From positions 176,390,001 through 176,454,000 of the forward strand of contig NC_082707.1 of NCBI RefSeq assembly GCF_030144855.1: a DNA stretch of 64,000 nucleotides, written 5' to 3'. The stretch comes from Hypanus sabinus (lineage: Eukaryota). Positions 26,519 to 36,560 of this stretch are shown here, piece after piece. Every line of letters starts with the position of its first letter. The first letter of the stretch is position 1. Below the pieces are notes generated by a model. The model had not been told where the DNA came from. It did no database searches and was given only the letters and a program-made list of their open reading frames with translations. Both the position numbers and the translations under genes were made by a program.

Positions 26519-26925
26519 ACAAAAGCGTCTCGCATCAGCAGCTCCGCATGTTGTTCTGCCGTGAGCGTCTTGCAGTCGCAAGCTCGGACGAGTGTCTGTA
26601 GTGCTCGGAGAAACTCAGCGCACGATTCACCAGGCCGCTGTTGCCGGGTAGCTAAACGATGTCTTGCGTAGACGGTGTTCACCGGCTGCAGGTACTGTCT
26701 TTTGAGGGCGTCCAGTGCCTCATCGTAGGTCGGCAGGTCCCGGATAATGGAGTAAACTTTGGGGGTGACCCTCGAGAGTAGAATTCTGTGCATAACGGCG
26801 GGTTCAGTTGCACGAACCTCCTCCAAGTACGATTGGAAGCATGCAAGCCAGTGTTCAAAAGCGAGAGCTGCGTCAGGGTCTTGAGGGTCCAAATCCAACC
26901 GGTCCGGACGCAAAACGGTTTCCGT
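26507..26925 (-). pseudogene. Gypsy gag, N-terminal part (ACG at the expected start; frameshift at ~26507-26529)
   Basis: The frame reads ACG GAA ACC GTT TTG CGT = (M)ETVLRPDRLDLDPQ...FEHWLACF...RHRLATRQQRPGES...LMRDAFV, then an 11-bp tandem duplication shifts the frame. Confidence 0.8.
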
Positions 26926-26934
26926 GTTTTAAAA

Positions 26935-26950
26935 CTTCCAGTCAATAAAA
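26935..26950 (-). promoter_or_regulatory. Non-tRNA primer-binding site complementary to the element's own LTR
   Basis: Minus strand TTTTATTGACTGGAAG starts 1 nt after the 5' LTR end and has no TGG start. It is the exact reverse complement of LTR positions 27000-27015 on the same strand. Confidence 0.8.
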
Positions 26951-26951
26951 T

Positions 26952-27165
26952 TGATGCACCATCAATAACTCACACTGAGACGTAAGGCGAGATATCGGCT
27001 TTTATTGACTGGAAGAAGGAACCAGGAGTGAGTGTCCATCATACTATGTCCTGGAGACTGAGGCCGAGCGTCAGGCCTCAGATCGCCTTTATACAGGGGC
27101 CTGTGGGAGGAGCCACAGGAGCATTCAGCAGGGGGCGTGTCCAGACGGGCACATAGTTCACCACA
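26952..27165 (-). repeat. 5' LTR of the Gypsy element (214 bp)
   Basis: Direct repeat of 22550-22763 with 2 substitutions. The minus strand has TATAAA (~27087-27092), an Inr-like TCAGTC about 30 nt downstream, and AATAAA (27001-27006). Confidence 0.96.
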
Positions 27166-27229
27166 GTCATCCATCCTTTGAGTCTTCTCCACCGTTCATC
27201 AAGCTGAAGCTGATAATGGCGTTTAATGA

Positions 27230-27675
27230 TGGTCAGACTACTTTCCTTCTGAAATCCATATAAAGGGATATTCTCTAACTGAGATTGTGTCCTCTGGCCT
27301 TCAACTCTGCCACTAATGACAAACTTCAACTCATTCAGAACGCTGCTGCTAGACTTTTTAGCTAAAACCAGGATAAGCAAGCATATCCCTCCCATCCTAG
27401 CTAATCCGTATCTTTTAGAATTAATTTCAAAGTTCTCTTCCTTGTTTTTAAAGCTCTCAGTAGTCTGGGACCGGAGTACACGACAGAATTGCTTTCATTT
27501 TATAATCCTGCTCAAGTTTGCAGGTCTTCGTCCACCACTCTCTCAAATTTAAACCATCCCCCTCAAAAGATAATTGGCAGGTCATCCTTTTTGAACTATG
27601 GTCCAAAGCTGTGGAATTCAGTAATATCTAAAACCAAAAGGGATGCAGACGCAGTTGACACTTTTTAACACCAGC
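27230..27675 (+). mobile_element. L2-type LINE 3' fragment (continues at 28776-28880)
   Basis: KLQLIQNAAARLLAKTRISKHIPPILA signature. Confidence 0.7.
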
Positions 27676-28774
27676 TCCCTTCTTGGTAGAAGTCAGCATC
27701 TTGGACCTCCAGAAGTGGTCCACAGGATGGGGTGATTGATAAATTCATGGCCTAAGGTAGAAGGAGTCAATTTTAGAAAACCTAGCACATTTATTTTTCA
27801 ACATAGTCCCCTCCTACATTTACACACTCAGTCCAGTGGTCTTCGAGCATACGGACCTTGGACTCCAGAAAGTGTCCACAGCAGGGGTGATTGATAAGTT
27901 CGTGGCCTAAGGTAGAAGGAGATGAGTTATACAGCTCTCGTTACATGCACATGCAGTTCAACTCTTTGACTGATTATGCAGTAAGTGAAATTAATAACTC
28001 ATCTCCTTCTACCTTAGGCTATGAACTTCTCAATCACCCCATCCTGTGGACCACTTCTGGAGGTCCAAGATGCTGACTTCTACCAAGAAGGGATCCATAT
28101 GCTCCACGACGGCTGGACTAAAGGCTGATTTATACTTCTGCATAGGCTCTACGCCGTAGCCTACGCAAATGGCCTACGCCATTGTGAGCATAGTTGTGTG
28201 TTGGTGTGTCTGCTTCACTCTGCAATTCACCGCCAAAACGCTAGTTTTGTGCCACTGTGTTGAGTTCCTTTGTGTACTTCAAACAATGGCGACTAAAACT
28301 GAGTGCATCATGTTGGAGTTGGAGCTAATAAATGTTGAACAAGGGTTTCTTTTATTGAAATTACTGCAATGCAGAAAAGAGAGAAGAAGTTGGACGAAGA
28401 GTCATACAAATGTACATATTTTCAGATTTCCTCAATTAACCTCTCCTCGATTTGGTCTATTTTCCAACTCACGTTCAACTCACGTTCTTCTTCCCTCTTC
28501 TCTCTCAATTCGAAAATAGTGGAGAAGAAGAAGCAACTGGAAATGCGATGCTACCAAGCAGACCAATCACAGTTGTTGCGGTCTGCATCGCCACGACGCG
28601 TAGTTACATTTTTCGGGAGGTGCACGTCAGGCTATAGCGTAGATTCGACACAGAAGTATAAATTGGCCTTAAGTGTGTAAATGTAGGAGGGGACTATGTT
28701 GAAAAATAAATGTGCTAGGTTTTCTAAAATTGACTCCTTCTACCTTAGGCCTCGAACTTATCAATCACCCCTCA
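27676..28774. mobile_element. Palindromic mariner-like MITE with a rearranged left end, interrupted by a Harbinger MITE
   Basis: Same family as 52892-53487 (GGGGTGATTGATAAGTTCGTGGCCTAAGGTAGAAGG modules); right end ...TCACCCCTCA followed by TA. Confidence 0.8.
28122..28669. mobile_element. Non-autonomous PIF/Harbinger MITE nested in a mariner MITE
   Basis: TIRs AGGCTGATTTATACTTCTG and CAGAAGTATAAATTGGCCT; TAA TSD at 28119-28121 and 28670-28672. The host sequence rejoins as GCTGGACTAA|GTGTGTAAATG. Confidence 0.85.
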
Positions 28775-28879
28775 TATTTAACCTTGCTTTTAACTAACAT
28801 CTTTTTGTCTCTAATTGTCATGTTTGAAATTTATCCCATTGTAAAGAACTTTGAATTACATTGTCTGTATGAAAGGTAC

Positions 28880-30205
28880 TCTATGAAACATCCACTCCGT
28901 CTAGGCTTTTCAGTGTTCGGTAGGTTTCAATGAGATCCCCCACCCCCCCAAACTCCAAAAAGTACAGGTCCGGAGCCATGAAACTCTCCTCATACATGAT
29001 TCAATTCCTGGGATTATTCTTGTAAACTTCCTCTGGACCGTCTCCAATGTCAGCACATCCTTTCTTAGACACGGTGCCTACCACCTAGGACATTTTCTCT
29101 TCTCATCTTTTCCGTTGGGCGGGGGACATAAAACCCTGAAAGCACTACCATTTGGCTCAGGAACAGCTTCTACTTTGCTGTTAGCAGACTATTGAATGGA
29201 ACTCTTGTATGTTAAGATTCAAGATTCAAGTTTATTTATCATGTGTACATTGAAGCATAGAGTGAAATGCACCATTTGAATTAGCAACCAGTGCACCCAA
29301 GGGTGTGCTGCGAGCAGCCCACAAGTATTGCCACACATTCTGGTCTCAACATAGCATGTCCACAGTTTTCAGCAGAACAAAACAAAGTACAACAAGCAAC
29401 AGGAAAACAAGCCCCCGTTCCCTGTTCTTTACTTGGCTGTGTGGAGAGGGGAAGCCTGCAGCAAAGGTAATAGCATGCTCTCCATATTGCACTGGCCTGG
29501 CTTGCATACTGGCTGGCATGAGACCATAAGATATAGGAGCAGAATTAGGCCATTTGGCCAATCGAGTCTGCTCCATCATAGCTTATCCAAATTTCCTCTC
29601 AGCCCCAATCTCCTGCCTTCTTCCCAGATCCCTTCTATCAAGAATCTATCAACCTCTGCCTTAAACATCCATAAAGAATTGGCATCCACAGCTGCTTGTG
29701 GCAAAGAATTCCACAGATTCACCACTCTCTGGCTAAAGAAGTTCCTCGTCATCTCAGTTCTAAAAGGACACTCCTCTATTCTGAGGCTGTGACTCTCCCA
29801 CGATAGGAAACATCCTCTCCCCATCCATGTCATGAATTCCATCATCCAAATCATTGACATATAACATAAAAAGAATTGGCCCTGACACAGACATCACTAG
29901 AACACCAATAGTCACCAATAGCCAGTCAAAAAGGCTCCCTTCTTTCCCACTCTTTGCCTCCTGCCGATCAGCCACTGCTTTATCCATGCTAGTCTCTTTC
30001 CTGTAAAACCATGGGCTTATAGCTTGTTCAGCAGCCTCATGTGTGGCACCCTGTCAAAGGCCTTCTGAAAATTCAAGTACTGTACACAACACCAACCAAT
30101 TCTCCTTTGTCTATCCTGTTTGTTACTTCTTCAACGAATTCCACCAGACTTGTTAGGCAAGATTTTACCTTGAGGAAACCGTGCTGACTACGGCCTATTT
30201 TTATC
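28880..30205 (-). mobile_element. CR1 LINE fragments with interspersed SINE/LINE tails
   Basis: FFSQRVVNLWNSLPQAAVDA and GPILFMLYVNDLD peptides; CR1 tail at ~29520. Confidence 0.8.
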
Positions 30206-31419
30206 ATGTGCATATCAGGTAGACATTTAGGAGGTGGTAACCATGGTTGACCTCAACCAGTGGTGGGCCTCAACTTTGTTCTACCTTCAAGCACTGTGTA
30301 ATGACCTTATCTGTACGAATAGTATGCAACACAAGCTTTTCACTGTATCTCAGCACATGTGACAATAATACATAAATTCCAATTCCAATTTTAATGCATT
30401 ACCAGAGACCACAGCAGTGAACTTCTATCTTCTCATAAGCTGGAGCTGAAAGTATTGGAAAGTATTCGTATAAAGAGGTTATTGAGTCTCTTTGTTCAAA
30501 CAATGCTGTTGTCCCTGAGTGGTTATAGGCACATGTGTATATCTGGACTGCAAGAACCCAGCATCTTCCCTCTTCTCCATCTCCTTCCCCAAAACCTGTA
30601 TCATAAGGCCAGAAGAGTCTATGCACTTCATCAGTGCTTCCTGCTCGAGCCACAACCCACACTCTAAATAGGAGAGGAAGTCCTCACATACAAACCCCTT
30701 GGCATATTGATCTAGTACTTCCAGTGTGGCTTCCTTTACAGCTGTGAAACTGGATACAAACCACTCCATATGTCACGGCCATTTGGATCTCTCGGTTATC
30801 ATCCATTTTAATACACGTCTCCATTCCCATGCCAGTGTCCGTCCTCTGCTTCTTGTCTGCCTCCTACTGCCAATTTGAGGCTAAATGCAAACTAGAGCAG
30901 CAGCTTGTTATGTTCTGCCCAGGTAGCCTCTACCCTAGCAACATGAATATTGAAATCCCCAACTTATGTTAACTGCTCCTCGTCTGTCTTCTTCCTTTTC
31001 TCTCCCTCCTCCTGAGTCAGCTGACCAGCCCTCAAAATGGCATCTCTTTCCCTCCTCTCCATCTGTGCATCATCTACACTCCCACTCTGCTCTCGCCATC
31101 TCCCTTCCTTTGTTCCACACCATCTTCTTTCTCCTGTCAGATTCCATTATCTTCACCCCTTTCCTCTTCCTCTATCACTCCTCTGCTTCTGATCTCATTG
31201 CTGCACCCCTCTCCTCCATCTGCCTATCAGCCACCCCTCCCTCGACTGGATCAACCTATTGTCTGATAGTTCTTGCTCCATCCATTCCCTCCAACATCTT
31301 ATACTGGCTAACTCTGAATCTCAATCAGGTTTATTATCACAGAAATTTGTTGTTTTGTGGCAGCATTACAGTGCAATACAGTAAATAAAATATACTATGT
31401 GCTGAATGTAATGTGTGTG

Positions 31420-31635
31420 TGATGCACCATTAATAACTCACTCTGAGAAGTAAGGCGAGATATCGGCTTTTATTGACTGGAAGAAGGAACCAGAAGTGAG
31501 TGACCATCATACTATGACCTGGAGACTGAGGCCGAGCGTCAGGCCTCCAATCGCCTTTATACCGGGGTCTGTGGGAGGAGCCACAGGAGCAGTCAGCAGA
31601 GGGCGTGTCCAGACAGGCACACGTAGTTCACCACA
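31420..31635 (-). mobile_element. Solo LTR of the same Gypsy family
   Basis: About 94% identical by eye to the 214-bp LTRs, with a 2-bp insertion; TG...CA ends; TSD GTGTG (31415-31419 and 31636-31640) inside a (TG)n tract. Confidence 0.95.
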
Positions 31636-31664
31636 GTGTGTGTGTCTATAAGTACATCTAAAGG

Positions 31665-32144
31665 GTTGAACTGAGTGCATGTTCATGATCTTCTGCTGCT
31701 GTAGCTCATTCACTTCAAGGCTCGACCTTTTGGGCATTCAGAGATGCTCTTCTGCACACCACTGTTTTAACGTGTGGTTATTTGAGTCCCTGCTGCTTTT
31801 CTGTCAGCTTAAACCAGTTAGGCCTTTTCCTTTGACTTCTCTCATTAACAAGGCTTTTTCACCCACAGAGCTGCCGCTCACTGGATTTTTTTTTGTTTTT
31901 CAAACTGTTACCTGTAAACTCTAGAGTCTGTTGTGTGGGAAAATCCCAGGAGATCAGCAGTTTCTGAGATACTCTAACCACCCTGTCTGGCACCAACAAT
32001 CATTCCATGGTCTTCCCCAATCTGGTGTTTGCTGTGAACGGAATCTCTTGATGCCTGAGTTGTTGCTGTCACATGATTGGCTGATAAGATATTTACATTA
32101 ATGAGCAGGTGTGCATGTGTACCTAATAAAGTGGCCACTGTGTG
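31665..32144. mobile_element. Tc1-like non-autonomous fragment
   Basis: Right TIR GTACCTAATAAAGTGGCCACTG; left TIR not seen. Confidence 0.6.
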
Positions 32145-32887
32145 CATGTGCGCGTGTGTGTGTGTGTGTGTGTATATAAAATAAGTAATGCAGAAACGGG
32201 TGAAAAAATAGCAAAGTAGTCTTTATGGATTCAGGGCCCGTTCACAAATCTGATGGCAGAGTAGAAGAAGCTGTTAGTAAAATGTTGAGTGTGTGTCTTA
32301 AGGTTTTTTCTCCTCTTTATCTTTCAGTCAAGATGAAGGGTTTTAACTCAAGACACCGCCTGTTCATTTCTCTCCATAGATGGCTCTGAATTTAGTGTGT
32401 TGCTGCAGATTCCAGCACCTACTGTCTCTTGTATCTCCATGACATAGGGATAAATGAGAGAGGCATTCAAATGAAGAGGCAATACCAAGTAGGAAATGTT
32501 TCTGTTGGAGTCGGGCCCCAAAGGGTAATTCCATTTCACTGTATTGGGGGGAAGTTAGTGATTGTTTTGGCCTCTGAAATGTTTGCACAACTTCTTTTTC
32601 ACAGTCGGTGTTCCTCCTGCTGCTCCAGCATGAACATAAAGATGAACGATGAACAGAAAATTCCACCTGACAGGATAAATAAGTCACCGGGGGGGGGGGG
32701 GGGTTACAATATGGATTTTGAATTGGATCAACTGGAGAGTGTTGCCCAGGTTTTCTGCATTTTGGATGTGGACTTGGACTGTAGACTTTTTTCAGTCCTA
32801 TAGTTTTTGATATTCTGTGTTTTTTGCCCAATCCTTCTCGGATTTTTTCAGTGGGCGGAGGGGGATGTGCCTGTTCCATTTTGCTCG

Positions 32888-34516
32888 GTTTTTGTGAGGG
32901 AGGCGGGATTTGGGGTCGATGTGCCTGTTCAGTTTTTGTGAGGGAGGAGGGATTTGGGGTTGATGTGCCTGTTCAGTTTTTGTGAGGGAGGAGGGATTTG
33001 GGGTCAATGTGCCTGTTCAGTTTTTGTGAGGGAGGAGGGATTTGGGGTCGATGTGCCTGTTCAGTTTTTGTGAGGGAGGAGGGATTTGGGGTCGAGGTGC
33101 CTGTTCAGTTTTTGTGAGGGAGGAGGGATTTGGGGTCGAGGTGCCTGTTCAGTTTTTGTGAGGGAGGAGGGATTTGGGGGTCGAGGTGCCTGTTCAGTTT
33201 TTGTGAGGGAGGAGGGATTTGGGGTCAATGTGCCTGTTCAGTTTTTGTGAGGGAGGAGGGATTTGGGGTCGATGTGCCTGTTCAGTTTTTGTGAGGGAGG
33301 AGAGATTTGGGGTCGAGGTGCCTGTTCAGTTTTTGTGAGGGAGGAGGGATTTGGGGTCGAGGTGCCTGTTCAGTTTTTGTGAGGGAGGAGGGATTTGGGG
33401 TCGAGGTGTCTGTTCAGTTTTTGTGCTGGAGGAGGGATTTGGGGTCGAGGTGCCTGTTCAGTTTTTGTGAGGGAGGAGGGATTTGGGGTCGATGTGCCTG
33501 TTCAGTTTTTGTACTGGAGGAGGGATTTGGGGTCGAGGTGCCTGTTCAGTTTTTGTGCTGGAGGAGGGATTTGGGGATCGAGGTGCCTGTTCAGTTTTTG
33601 TGAGGGAGGAGGGATTTGGGGTCGAGGTGCCTGTTCAGTTTTTGTGAGGGAGGAGGGATATGGGGTCGAGGTGCCTGTTCAGTTTTTGTGAGGGAGGAGG
33701 GATTTGGGGTCGAGGTGCCTGTTCAGTTTTTGTGAGGGAGGAAGGATTTGGGGTCGAGGTGCCTGTTCAGTTTTTGTGAGGGAGGAGGGATTTGGGGTCG
33801 AGGTGCCTGTTCAGTTTTTGTGCTGGAGGAGGGATTTGGGGTCGATGTGCCTGTTCAGTTTTTGTACTGGAGGAGGGATTTGGGGTCGATGTGCCTGTTC
33901 AGTTTTTGTGAGGGAGGAGGGATTTGGGGTCGAGGTGCCTGTTCAGTTTTTGTGAGGGAGGAGGGATTTGGGGTCGAGGTGCCTGTTCAGTTTTTGTGAG
34001 GGAGGAGGGATTTGGGGTCGAGGTGCCTGTTCAGTTTTTGTGAGGGAGGAGGGATTTGGGGTCGAGGTGCCTGTTCAGTTTTTGTGAGGGAGGAGGGATT
34101 TGGGGTCGAGGTGCCTGTTCAGTTTTTGTGAGGGAGGAGGGATTTGGGGTCGAGGTGACTGTTCAGTTTTTGTGAGGGAGGAGGGATTTGGGGTCGAGGT
34201 GCCTGTTCAGTTTTTGTGAGGGAGGAGGGATTTGGGGTCGAGGTGTCTGTTCAGTTTTTGTGAGGGAGGAGGGAGTTGGGGTCGAGGTGACTGTTCAGTT
34301 TTTGTGAGGGAGGAGGGATTTGGGGTCGAGGTGACTGTTCAGTTTTTGTGCTGGAGGAGGGATTTGGGGTCGATGTGCCTGTTCAGTTTTTGTGAGGGAG
34401 GAGGGATTTGGGGTCGAGGTGACTGTTCAGTTTTTGTGAGGGAGGAGGGATTTGGGGTCGAGGTGACTGTTCAGTTTTTGTGAGGGAGGAGGGATTTGGG
34501 GTCGAGGTGCCTGTTC
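32888..34516 (+). repeat. 44-bp minisatellite, ~37 copies
   Basis: Unit GTGCCTGTTCAGTTTTTGTGAGGGAGGAGGGATTTGGGGTCGA(G/T), head-to-tail with no spacers. Confidence 0.97.
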
Positions 34517-34944
34517 CCATTTTGTTTGCTGTTTTGTGTGGGGAGGGGGGATTTGTGGAAGATTGACGATCGTGCTGCCTTTCTTTTCTTTCTTGGTTTA
34601 ATGGCTACCCAGAAAAGAAGAATTTCCAGAGTTGTATACTTTGATAACAAATGAGCCTTTAAACCTTTTTTAGCAGAGAAAACCTTTTCACCTTTTCAGC
34701 CTCATCAGCTTATCTAACTTCACAGTAATCTATCCATTCTGTTCCCTTTTAACCTCTTCCAAATTGAATGAGTTCCACAGCTAAACTTTCTTTGGCAAAG
34801 TTTAGCTATTAACCCAATGTCATTCAATACAGTAAACAACAAATAAGTACATTTGATGTTCTGCTTTGGTCTTAAGTGCTAAAACGATTGTCTTGTGTCA
34901 AGTATTCACAACCGTTTTCAGAAAAGACATGTATTCTTAGCTCA

Positions 34945-35250
34945 AGAGCAGCATGTGCGAATAACAGTTAGTGTCACAGCTGAAAAGACCAGGAACCCAG
35001 GGTTGATCCCAATGTTGTATGCTGTCAACGTGGAGTTTGCACACTCTCCTGGAGACTGTGCGAGCTTCCTCTTGGTGCTTTAGTTTCTTCTACTTTCCGA
35101 AGATGTTCTGGTAGGTTAATTAGCTGTTGGAAAGGTGGGGGGTCGGAGTATCAGAATGGAGCTGCTGTGCACGTGAAAAAGAGCAGGTTACCAGAAAATA
35201 AGTGAGGTTTTATTCTGAGAGCTACAGTGGACCTAATGGGCTGAATGGCC
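34945..35250 (+). mobile_element. Degenerate V-SINE
   Basis: GGGTTGATCCC B-box remnant; GTGGAGTTTGCACACTCTCC V-domain. Confidence 0.65.
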
Positions 35251-35839
35251 TCATTGTAAGTTACAAGAAATTAACTGCTGATATTTCTCAGAGTAAGTTG
35301 ATAAATGACTGCTCTATTAAGTTAAGTGCATTTTGTAGGGTATATTCTGCTATGGGTAACCTGAGCAATTCAAGGTTCTTTGCTACAATTAAAGATATCT
35401 TCGTGTTGGAAGCAAATGTATCCAGTACATTCTGAGGTTAATTTTCAATCATTGATTCCACTTCCTGGAATCACTGCAAATAGCATGTTTTCTTCTAATA
35501 AACATCTCGCTATTATTGAGTACCATTGTGAGAAATCTGTCAGTTTCCTACGGACACTTGTTTGTTCTATCTGTGTTAGAGCCTATGTTTACTGTTGCCC
35601 TGGAAAGTTAAATAATTTTTATTTGTTCATAAGTATTTCATTTCAACTAGAGAAAAATGTGGACTGATCGGTCTGCCTGTTGGAAGCCAGGAGGGATGTA
35701 CATTTTGTAATCAGGGCTCCTGTGCAAACCCTTTCTTTCAGCAAGTGAGGGAAAGCTACAAAGTAACTGAACCACACCTAAAGTTTCAGGAAGTTTTCAG
35801 AGATAAGAAAATCTCTTTGAGCTGGAAGCAAATCCCACC

Positions 35840-36560
35840 AGAACGCATAAAGAGAAATCATGTTTTATTACGCTGCTCTCAGAGAATTCTCTGTGAGCTG
35901 AAGTGAAAGGGGCCGTACAAATGGAGTTCAGAGTTACTGGAAGGTAGGGTTTTAAACTCCTAGGTCCGCAATGCAGCGCGGGTGTTTTGTCAAAAGGATT
36001 TTTTGCATAGTAAGTACAGGCAGTGCAGTATACTGACACTGTGCTTTGCTTCATTTAAACAGCCTCGGCTCATGTACGAAGTAAGATTTCCCTTTCAAGT
36101 TTGTATAGATAACGAGAGTTGGTGTTTTCCATCTGTACGAACCTCAGGACCATGTTTTGAAGTATCGAAAAATGTGTTGTCGCATTGCTTTGTGTGTTTT
36201 GTGCTTGGGAAAATTAGGCGTGCTGTCCGTTCAAAAAGTTTTCACTAATTTTTTTTTGTAATTACGAAAGGCGAGGAATGCTACAGACTTCTTTCCTGCG
36301 ATGAATCCTGCGGGTCTGTATTGATTACGGTCAAATTTTATGAATCCTCTTTTTTTTAAAATGGCATTCCTAGAAGTATGTTTGGTTTTTGACACCCGGG
36401 GCAGGCAGGGGAGATGTGTTTTTTTGTTGAAGTGTTGGGCTCAGTCAGACTTGTCCAGTTTATTGTCTCGTTCAGAACTACAGTAAGGTACAACACTTTG
36501 AAAAACTTACTTGCAGCTACGTTGCACTGAGGCACGTCATTCGACGTCCCTGACAGCACT
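35840..36560 (+). promoter_or_regulatory. CpG-enriched non-repeat patch; candidate promoter or non-coding first exon of the SYT16 gene
   Basis: About 25 CpGs by hand count in ~720 bp of moderate-GC unique sequence, versus CpG-depleted flanks. Donor-like AAG|GTAGGG at 35943/35944; CRE-like CACGTCA near 36533. Confidence 0.4.

Larger units (their letters stand above)
22550..27165 (-). mobile_element. Structurally full-length Ty3/Gypsy LTR retrotransposon (non-chromovirus, putatively self-priming), coding-defective copy
   Basis: TG...CA LTRs at 22550-22763 and 26952-27165; 5-bp TSD GTCAT at 22545-22549 and 27166-27170; gag-PR-RT-RH-IN order on the minus strand; PPT next to the 3' LTR. Confidence 0.97.
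30780..32430 (+). mobile_element. Penelope-like element remnant (GIY-YIG C-terminus and pLTR), interrupted by nested inserts at 31316-32300
   Basis: Degenerate HFN..H and EAKCKLEQQLVMFCPGSLYPSNMNIE (EEQHLIFRLG.L.P.GMN-type end), a pyrimidine-rich pLTR, and a decayed hammerhead at ~32324-32360. Confidence 0.65.

Noticed and set aside
26890-26913. Similarity of the Gag N-terminus (RPDRLDL) to the integrase C-terminus (RPPDRLDL)
   Set aside because: Only 6-7 residues with different codons; there is no evidence of duplication or function.
32888-34516. CRISPR array or repetitive protein ORFs in the 44-bp repeat
   Set aside because: Units are contiguous with no unique spacers, there are no cas genes, and the context is eukaryotic. 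The ORFs are artefacts of the repeat.
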